IMG/VR virus record: IMGVR_UViG_2061766007_003009
Strand: one strand, 5' to 3'
DNA from: an uncultured virus (IMG/VR IMGVR_UViG_2061766007_003009)
Taxonomy: Duplodnaviria > Heunggongvirae > Uroviricota > Caudoviricetes
Length of the DNA stretch: 36,144 nucleotides
Shown here: positions 29,859 through 36,144 of the stretch, in pieces
Numbering within the stretch: position 1 is the stretch's first letter
How the letters are laid out: each line of letters begins with the position of its first letter
The notes under the pieces: model-generated
The model's input: only the letters and a program-made list of their open reading frames with translations
Told to the model about the DNA's origin: nothing
Database searches by the model: none
Position numbers and translations under genes: made by a program

Positions 29859-29993
29859 AAGCAACCTACCCGATTTTGCAGGTTTCGTGGGCAACCTGCG
29901 TCAGCCCGTCCTCATTTCCTATCCATATAGGAACCTCCCGGGGCATCCCCCATCCGTACCGGGTGGACTACCGGGAGGATGCCGACCCGGCGG

Positions 29994-30272
29994 CTATTCG
30001 CCATCCCCGAAGATGGCCTCAAGAACCTTACGGCAGAGGTCGTTCAGTTCAGTCAGTTTCCGGTCAAATTCAGCCCTGCGCTCGGCCACGCAACGCTCCG
30101 CACCCTCAATTACGCTCTTGGGGGCACGCATATCCTTGAGCCGGACAACCAGTTCCTCGTAGTGCTTCATCTGCCTGTACACCCGGCAGAGTTCTGCCTT
30201 CTTCTCCTCGTATACGTCCGGGTGCTTGGCCTTGCGTTCGTTGTGGGCGGTTCTGCGTGTCTTGTTTGCCAT
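29994..30272 (-). CDS. Helical hypothetical protein (MANKTRR...)
   Basis: 92 aa, AAAGGAG RBS. Confidence 0.75.
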   Translation of the reverse strand: MANKTRRTAHNERKAKHPDVYEEKKAELCRVYRQMKHYEELVVRLKDMRAPKSVIEGAERCVAERRAEFDRKLTELNDLCRKVLEAIFGDGE

Positions 30273-30542
30273 ATTGTACTCCTTTGTTATGGCGGTTAAA
30301 CATCTCTCTACTTACTTATCGTATCGGTGCAGGCTTTTGTAAAGTATCTCGCTAAAATTTTTTTCTCGGCTCTCCTGCGCCCTCTACTATTATATCGCCA
30401 CGTATAGCCATTTTGACAACCTACTGCAAGAAAAAATATTGTAAATGTTTCTTTACCTGTAGCATCCCCCATCCGCTCCCGGTAGACACCGGAAGCCCCC
30501 CGGGGAGTCCCCGGGAGGTTCCTTGAGAGGTAGGTGTAAGTG

Positions 30543-30827
30543 CTAGAACAGCCCGCAGATGACCTTCGCCATCTCGTCAAACTCGGCAGTGACCTCGTCC
30601 TTGCTCATCTCGTCAGGTGCCGAAAATCCAGGGGTAGGACTGCGGGCGTCAATGAAGATACGGGTGCCGTTAACCTTGTACTGCGCGCTGCGGATACCTA
30701 CGGAACTGCTCGCAATGCTATCCCCGACGGTTACCATGAACTTGCAGGTCTTGTTGGTGTCGGTGTTGCGTACCGCCAAGCAAACCATGCCGGGGCGGAA
30801 GGGGAAAGTCTTTGTCTCGTATGCCAT
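30543..30827 (-). CDS. Hypothetical protein
   Basis: 94 aa, GGAGG RBS, motif copy 30877. Confidence 0.75.
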   Translation of the reverse strand: MAYETKTFPFRPGMVCLAVRNTDTNKTCKFMVTVGDSIASSSVGIRSAQYKVNGTRIFIDARSPTPGFSAPDEMSKDEVTAEFDEMAKVICGLF

Positions 30828-30958
30828 ATAGCCTCCATTCGGTTAAAAATTTTATCCTGCCGGATATCCCCCGGGGCATCCCCCATCCGCTCCCGGTAGA
30901 CACCGGTGGCAGAGGACGGGGAGTCCCCGGGAGGTTCCTTGAGAGGTAGGTGTAAGTG

Positions 30959-31255
30959 CTACTTGACCCGAAGGGTCTCGCCACAGCCCGTGAACCACGG
31001 GGGGTTGTTCACTGCCTCGTCCCAGCCAAATCCGCCCTCATTGATAACCTGCTCAAGTTCGTCAGCGGAAAGGTTGTTGGAGTCGTCGTTGGAGTCGGTA
31101 ATGCCTAGTTCACTGCTGACCACGTAGAATCCGCCCCCGTCATAGTCGTACATGAGCGTCATGCCCTTGTCAGCGAGCGAGGCGTTGAAGTCGTTCCACA
31201 GGGCGACCGCCTGCTTGCGTTGCTCTTCGGTTATGTGAGTGAAAGTCTTTGCCAT
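30959..31255 (-). CDS. Acidic hypothetical protein
   Basis: 98 aa, GAGAGGT RBS. Confidence 0.75.
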   Translation of the reverse strand: MAKTFTHITEEQRKQAVALWNDFNASLADKGMTLMYDYDGGGFYVVSSELGITDSNDDSNNLSADELEQVINEGGFGWDEAVNNPPWFTGCGETLRVK

Positions 31256-31319
31256 AGTAACCTCTCTTGTTGTATTTTAATTATTCTCCCGGTAGTTACC
31301 GGGAGCATCCCCCATCCGT

Positions 31320-31368
31320 ACCGGGTGGCTACCGGGAGCAACCGGGAGCCACCGGGGACCCGGGTGGC
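31320..31368. repeat. ~10-bp tandem repeats ACCGGG(A/T)G...
   Basis: accgggtggct accgggagca accgggagcc accggggacc cgggtggct. Confidence 0.7.
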
Positions 31369-31676
31369 TACGTGCAGGGCTCCACTTCAGCCGAGTAGTC
31401 CCCTAGCGTCAGCAGGACGAAGGACTCGCCCGAGTCCGGCTCGGTCAGTCGCAGGATGTGGTGCCCGCTTGCGAAGTAGTCCACGTACTCGTCGTCTTCC
31501 TCGTCATACCCGTCATCAAGTTTCACGATAATTGAACTTTCTGCCCCGTCTTCCCATAGCACGCTAGGGTAGATACGGAGTTTCTCGTCCGGTTCAATAT
31601 TGTCCAACGCCTGCGTGAGGGCGTCCATATCGTAGGTAATCCTGTACCCACCGAAAATAATTGTCTTGCGTTCCAT
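31368..31676 (-). CDS. Strongly acidic hypothetical protein
   Basis: 102 aa, GAGAGGT RBS. Confidence 0.75.
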   Translation of the reverse strand: MERKTIIFGGYRITYDMDALTQALDNIEPDEKLRIYPSVLWEDGAESSIIVKLDDGYDEEDDEYVDYFASGHHILRLTEPDSGESFVLLTLGDYSAEVEPCT

Positions 31677-31788
31677 AGCATACCTCTCTGTTACATTTTA
31701 ATTATCCTCCCGGTATCCACCGGGAGCATCCCCCATCCGCACCCGGTGGATACCAATCTACTCCGCGGGCCTGAACTCTCTGTCCCAG

Positions 31789-31829
31789 AAAAAAGAAAAA
31801 GAAAAAAGCCCCGCCTTTCGGCAGGGCTT
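31789..31829 (-). terminator. Intrinsic terminator
   Basis: AAGCCCTGCC-GAAA-GGCGGGGCTT followed by a long U tract on the minus strand. Confidence 0.8.
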
Positions 31830-31845
31830 GGCAGGGAAATTCCCA

Positions 31846-32328
31846 TTATTTCACGTTCAGCACCCTCGCTTTCGGGGTCTTGACAAAGTTCGCACCCACA
31901 GCCTCAACGAGTTTCGCCTCGTCAATGCCTGCAATTTTCATCGCCTGCGTGGGGCTCAAGCCCACAGTGAACTCCGCCACGTCCTTGCCGCAGAGTTCGG
32001 CCAAAGCCCTAGCGGCCGCCACGCAGTCGCTGAACTTGGTCTGATAGGTCTGCGCCTCCCAAGACGCACACGCAGGGAGCGACTCGGGGGCGACCTCCAT
32101 ACAAGCCTTGAGACCCGCCTGAATGGACTCCGCCACCACCTTGCACCAACGCATATACGTGGCGAGGTCGCTGATGGACTCAGCAAGGGCTGCACGCTTC
32201 TCCACGAAATCGGGTGCGGTCTTGTCCGCCTCCGTAATGAACTTGTAAGCCTCTTTTGCCCCATCAGTCAAGCCCGAAGGCGTAACGATGTAGTCAAGGG
32301 GTTGAACGAATGTTTCCTTTTTAGCCAT
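31846..32328 (-). CDS. Hypothetical protein (MAKKETFV...)
   Basis: GAGAGGT RBS, motif copy 32379. Confidence 0.8.
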   Translation of the reverse strand: MAKKETFVQPLDYIVTPSGLTDGAKEAYKFITEADKTAPDFVEKRAALAESISDLATYMRWCKVVAESIQAGLKACMEVAPESLPACASWEAQTYQTKFSDCVAAARALAELCGKDVAEFTVGLSPTQAMKIAGIDEAKLVEAVGANFVKTPKARVLNVK

Positions 32329-32460
32329 AAGCACCTCTCTTGTTGTATATATCCTATGCCACAATAAAGTTCTTGGAACATCCCCCATCCACGCCGGGTG
32401 GACTCCCGGTACCTCCCGGGATGCAAGAGGAATCCCCCGGGAAACTCCCGGGAGAATCTT

Positions 32461-32838
32461 CTAGAGGTTCTCAAGTTCGTCCTCTATGAACTCCTTCTGC
32501 AAGCCCTCCCAAAGGGCGGAGAACATCGGCGCCATCATCATGAAGCGGACGGTATCCACCACCTCCTTCGGATTGCCCTGCACCATGCTGGCGAGCAGGT
32601 TCATGCCCGCCACCCTGCCCGTATGCGTGGCGAGGTAGAGCGGGATGCGGTTACCGCACTCCGGATAGAGTTCGTAGAGCCTGCGGAGAATGTACCTGTC
32701 ACGCTCAAGGGCTTTCTCTATGCCCCCCAATGCGATGTTCAACGGCTCCCCGTCATTCTGCTTGCGGATGTCCTCAAAGTCCTCCCGCATATTCTCAACG
32801 ATTTCATCAAGTTCAACCTTGTCCTCTTCGCTCAACAT
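32461..32838 (-). CDS. Hypothetical protein (MLSEEDK...)
   Basis: GGGAGG RBS, motif copy 32908. Confidence 0.75.
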   Translation of the reverse strand: MLSEEDKVELDEIVENMREDFEDIRKQNDGEPLNIALGGIEKALERDRYILRRLYELYPECGNRIPLYLATHTGRVAGMNLLASMVQGNPKEVVDTVRFMMMAPMFSALWEGLQKEFIEDELENL

Positions 32839-33007
32839 ACTAGCCTCCCTGCTATCGGGCGGACACCCGCCCTCATATCCCCTATGCCACCCCGTCCGCT
32901 CCCGGGGCATCCCCCATCCGCACCGGGTGACACCACGTCCTCCCGGCAGGGGACACGGAAGGCCTCCCGGGGGGTACCGGGAGGCTCTCCTTGACGCACC
33001 GCGTGAC

Positions 33008-33208
33008 CTAGCGGAAGTCAGCCCAGCAGGTCGCACCGGAGCACCCGAGCAGGTCGTCGGGAACGTCAATGCCCTTGTCCTTGAAGGCCTGCACCGCCTC
33101 GTCAAAGTCCTCCGGATACTCGCCCTTGATAAGGCGGAGGGTGTTCTCCAACTGCTTGCGGTTCGGGTTGCGGATTCCCTTGACGAAACTTGCGACACTA
33201 GGATTCAT
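33008..33208 (-). CDS. Small hypothetical protein (MNPSVASF...)
   Basis: GAGGT RBS, motif copy 33280. Confidence 0.7.
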   Translation of the reverse strand: MNPSVASFVKGIRNPNRKQLENTLRLIKGEYPEDFDEAVQAFKDKGIDVPDDLLGCSGATCWADFR

Positions 33209-33404
33209 GGTCTTACCTCTATTTTGTTGGGCGGACACCCGCCCGACAATATCAGTATGCCACAATAAAATTATTGGAACATCCCCCATCCATACCGGGT
33301 GGATACCGTGCCGCCTGCCCTGAAGCATCCTGGAAGCAGTCCCGGTACCATACAAGAAACCTCCCGGCAGTTACCGGGAGGCTCGCAGGCAGGTATTAAA
33401 ATTT

Positions 33405-34016
33405 TTACTTGTTCATTGTACTGCGGAACAGGTCGGGGTCCATACGGCACATACTCGTATATCCGCACTTTCCGACCACGATATGGTCAATTACGGAAAT
33501 CTTCATTATTTTTCCCGCGTCACAGATTAAGCGGGTAATTGCCCAATCCTCTTTGCTGGGTTCGGTGGAACCGCTCGGGTGGTTGTGGGCAATCATAATG
33601 CTCACTGCGTTGTCCAAGAGGGCGGTACGGAATACCTCCCGCGGAGCGATAGGGGTCTGGTTCACGAGTCCCACCGTCACGTCGTGCTTGTTGATGACGT
33701 GGTTTGCGGCGTCAAGCGTCAGCACCACGAAGTGCTCCTGCGGCTCGAACTTCAGCCCGCAGAGGTACGGCATCGCATCCTCCGGTGCTATCACGCTCTT
33801 CGCCTCGGTGCCCACCACGTAACGGGCCGACAGTTCACAGCAGGCGATAATCTTCTCCGCGGTGCTCTCCCCGACTCCCCGGAAGTTCATCAGGTTCTCC
33901 TTGCTCGGGATACCCGTGCAACCTGCAAGGTAGTCAGTGACCCTGCGGGCGAGGTCAACGTCGCCCAAGATAGCCCCGAAGAGCCTTTCCGTTTTCTGTG
34001 CGTTCTCTATATCCAT
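33405..34016 (-). CDS. radC: RadC-family JAB-domain protein with HhH motif
   Basis: RGVGESTA (HhH); QEHFVVLTLD; PREVFR; AHNHPSG...PS..D; IDHIVVG. Confidence 0.92.
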   Translation of the reverse strand: MDIENAQKTERLFGAILGDVDLARRVTDYLAGCTGIPSKENLMNFRGVGESTAEKIIACCELSARYVVGTEAKSVIAPEDAMPYLCGLKFEPQEHFVVLTLDAANHVINKHDVTVGLVNQTPIAPREVFRTALLDNAVSIMIAHNHPSGSTEPSKEDWAITRLICDAGKIMKISVIDHIVVGKCGYTSMCRMDPDLFRSTMNK

Positions 34017-34132
34017 AGTCTTACCTCTCTATACCCTATATACAACAAGGACCTCCCCGTGCCATCCCCCATCCACTCCGGGTGGTTACGGGGAATGGCC
34101 CGCGAAGGTCCCATGTTCCTCCAGCCGATGTC

Positions 34133-34216
34133 CTAACCGTGATACCCCCCAATGCGTCCAAATTCGCTTTCTAGGTTGTAGCGGTGACGGATTCCGGTGA
34201 GAATTATTCTATGCAT
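34133..34216 (-). CDS. Possible 27-aa peptide MHRIILTGIRHRYNLESEFGRIGGYHG
   Basis: Strong AAGGAGAC RBS; I see no other RBS-supported ORF between motif copies 34338 and 34063. Confidence 0.4.
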   Translation of the reverse strand: MHRIILTGIRHRYNLESEFGRIGGYHG

Positions 34217-34395
34217 TTTTTGTCTCCTTGTGGATATGGCGTGAAAATGGATTCCTTCAGGGTGCGGCTACACTATGGTCTGCCTCTACACCGGAGTCCA
34301 TACAATCTTCTATATGGCAGAAAAAATTTCCCCCGGGCATCCCCCATCCGTACCGGGTGGATACCGGGGCTGCCGCCGGGGATGCCCCCGGGAGG

Positions 34396-34707
34396 CTACT
34401 TGGTCGCCTCCTCGTACTTGGCGAGCACCTCGCGCTCAATCAGCGCCCGGAGTTCCCCGTCCATCGGCACCACGACGCTCTTGAACTCCTCGCCCTTGTA
34501 GAACGGGTCAAGGGGATAGGACACGAACAGCCCGCTGTTCCCCTCCATAATGCGGAGACCCCTGACCTGAAGGCAGTCGTTCAGCACAATCTGGGCAAGA
34601 CCCCTCATGTGCCCGAGGCTCGGGCCTTCCTTGAACGGGAACACGAGCACCTGCGTGACCCTTATGCCCTTGACACTATCGTTTTCGCTAAAAATATTTT
34701 CACCCAT
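34396..34707 (-). CDS. spoVG: SpoVG-family nucleic-acid-binding protein (second copy)
   Basis: LAQIVLNDCLQVRGLRIMEGNSGLFVSYP...LRALIEREVLAKY. Confidence 0.85.
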   Translation of the reverse strand: MGENIFSENDSVKGIRVTQVLVFPFKEGPSLGHMRGLAQIVLNDCLQVRGLRIMEGNSGLFVSYPLDPFYKGEEFKSVVVPMDGELRALIEREVLAKYEEATK

Positions 34708-34910
34708 AGGAACCTACCTCTTTCTGACGGACACCCGCCAACATATACACTATGCCGAATAAAAAATTTCCAATCATCCCCCATCCTCTCCCGGTAGACN
34801 NNNNNNNNNNNNNNNNNNNNNNNNNNNNNNNNNNNNNNNNNNNNNNNNNNNNNNNNNNNNNNNNNNNNNNNNNNNNNNNNNNNNNNNNNNNNNNNNNNNN
34901 NNNNNNNNNN

Positions 34911-34934
34911 AGCCCCCGCCTTGCGGCAGGGGCT
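34911..34934 (-). terminator. Putative terminator hairpin
   Basis: AGCCCC(C)GCC-TTGC-GGC(A)GGGGCT after stop 34954; any U tract would lie in the gap. Confidence 0.5.
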
Positions 34935-34953
34935 CATCTAGGCAGGTTAGTGT

Positions 34954-35190
34954 CTACGGGAGGTCGTCCGTACTGCGGAACGTCCAGATACGCTCGCTCA
35001 TGCCACATCCGATGGAGTAGAACAGCGTGAACTCAAGCGAGTCATTCTCGCTGAACACGTGCGGGAGCATGGAAACAAGTTTTTTCTTCGCAGAAAGATA
35101 ATCGGTATCGCTGACGTGCAGTTCGGTCACGTTATAGTAGCGGATACCATCGGTATGGACATTGTGTACGTGAAAGCAAAAAGAAATCAT
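34954..35190 (-). CDS. Hypothetical protein (MISFCFHV...)
   Basis: GAGGCAGG RBS, motif copy 35260. Confidence 0.7.
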   Translation of the reverse strand: MISFCFHVHNVHTDGIRYYNVTELHVSDTDYLSAKKKLVSMLPHVFSENDSLEFTLFYSIGCGMSERIWTFRSTDDLP

Positions 35191-35290
35191 AGTCAACCTG
35201 CCTCTTATGGGCGGACACCCGCCCGACACTATGTATATGCACCTAGTACCCTCCCGGGGCATCCCCCATCCGCTACCGGTGGAATCCCGG

Positions 35291-35646
35291 TTACTGGCGG
35301 ATGCCTGGCCGGGGCCTGACCGGAGGGNNNNNNNNNNNNNNNNNNNNNNNNNNNNNNNNNNNNNNNNNNNNNNNNNNNNNNNGTCCTCCTGTTCGTCCTC
35401 GGAGTCCTCCTGTTCGTCCTCCGGTTCGTCCTTGTGGAACACCCACACGCCTACAATCGGGCGGCCAACACCCCAAGCCGCACGCACGACTGCGGCACAG
35501 AACCCCACGAGCACCACCGCCCACGCAACAGCGAGTTCAATGGCGGCAGAGAGCCCCCCGATGTGCCCCGTAACGAACAGGGCAGTTTCAGCCACGAGGG
35601 CAACCACGAAAGCACCCAAGATAGCAACACAAAGCGTCTTACGCAT
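35291..35646 (-). CDS. Two-TM membrane protein with acidic EDEQED repeats; end uncertain (gap)
   Basis: MRKTLCVAILGAFVVALVAETA...ELAVAWAVVLVGF. Confidence 0.65.
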
Positions 35647-35785
35647 ACGCACCTACCTTCTTTGGGCGGACACCCGCCCGACAATATTACTATTCCATAC
35701 GTACCCTCCCGGAACATCCCCCATCCCCACCGGGTGGACTTACGGGAATCTCCGGGAGGATGCGGGAGCGGGCCCGCAAGCCCGT

Positions 35786-36085
35786 TTAAATCCCTTGAGA
35801 CATCAGCAGTTCAAACTTGTTCTGGTGCAAGGCGGTCGTCCTGCTCCACGAGCCGAGACGCTCCACGCGACCCCCGAGCACCACGCTCACGATGGTGCCG
35901 TACGACTGCAGGCACGTGAGCCCGTTCGCCACGTCCTCCACCACCCAGGCATGACCGGCACCCTGGTACGAGCCTTTACACTCAATTTCATGCACTACCC
36001 TGAAGTCCGGATACTTCCTAGTTTCCGGATTTAAAATTTCCATATATTCCGCCCTCTCCGAGGGATATGTCCACTTGTGAGCCAT
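35786..36085 (-). CDS. Phage-type hypothetical protein (SY.T.V...S.TT..H motif)
   Basis: MAHKWTY start, LQSYGTIVS...SWSRTTALHQNKF. Confidence 0.7.
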   Translation of the reverse strand: MAHKWTYPSERAEYMEILNPETRKYPDFRVVHEIECKGSYQGAGHAWVVEDVANGLTCLQSYGTIVSVVLGGRVERLGSWSRTTALHQNKFELLMSQGI

Positions 36086-36144
36086 AGATACCTGCCTGCT
36101 ACCGGACGGACGCCCATCCACATACCATATATTTATTTTTCGCC

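Larger units (their letters stand above)
32857..35679 (-). promoter_or_regulatory. Repeated 5'-UTR hairpin GGGCGG-GTGT-CCGCCC (5 copies plus 1 degenerate)
   Basis: At 32857, 33229, 34725 (variant), 35209 and 35664, each between NATA and RBS; degenerate copy at 36104 upstream of the last gene. Confidence 0.75.
338..35738 (-). repeat. Dispersed, single-orientation intergenic repeat, 48 copies; invariant + strand core CATCCCCCATCC-N4-C(C/G)GGT(G/A)G
   Basis: Core start positions (+ strand): 338, 1321, 1942, 2781, 3381, 3875, 4894, 5803, 7891, 8445, 9721, 10194, 10595, 11828, 13234, 13744, 14759, 16520, 17643, 18160, 21943 (cut by gap), 22103, 22482, 23204, 23830, 24336, 24835, 25576, 26163, 26576, 27339, 28005, 28509, 28974, 29521, 29944, 30463, 30877, 31306, 31727, 32379, 32908, 33280, 34063, 34338, 34775, 35260, 35715. 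Nearly all are intergenic and upstream of a minus-strand RBS+ATG. Confidence 0.97.

Noticed and set aside
2731..32388. Conserved N-terminal peptides MGDAPG / PPGTDGGC / THRVRMG in many track ORFs
   Set aside because: These are translations of the DNA motif in all three frames; real starts lie downstream behind clear RBSs.
34225..34312. tRNA-like gene
   Set aside because: No cloverleaf, T-loop GTTC or CCA end found.
338..35738. CRISPR array
   Set aside because: Repeats are separated by 0.16-3.8 kb of mostly whole genes, not 25-45 bp spacers; no cas genes.
338..35738. Classical integron attC sites
   Set aside because: No consistent RYYYAAC...GTTRRRY ends or long imperfect palindrome, and no intI in the window; only the architecture is similar.

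Overview
A gapped 36-kb scaffold from a mobile or accessory element (phage, plasmid or ICE; no replication, integrase or structural gene lies in the window). About 58 mostly small, often acidic genes all lie on the minus strand. The dominant structure is one intergenic motif found 48 times in a single orientation (one copy truncated by a gap). On the coding strand it reads (C/T)ACC(C/G)G-N4-GGATGGGGGATG-N19..21-NATA, then an AT-rich stretch, an RBS and the ATG. It sits about 50-90 bp ahead of almost every gene or two-gene unit, and the previous gene's stop codon often abuts it. The spacer length is conserved even where its sequence is completely different, which suggests a dedicated bipartite promoter. 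The gene-by-gene punctuation also resembles a cassette array. Recognisable cargo: two SpoVG-family proteins, RadC/JAB, DUF2958-like, DUF1281/YubB-like, a DMP19/DUF4375-like plus DnaJ-type Zn-finger fusion, hexapeptide-repeat proteins, a fused REase-MTase-like protein, Lys/Ala-rich histone-like tracts, a lipoprotein and several shuffled paralogous modules. This is typical early/leading-region, host-takeover or anti-defence content. All family calls are by-eye motif recognition, not database searches.
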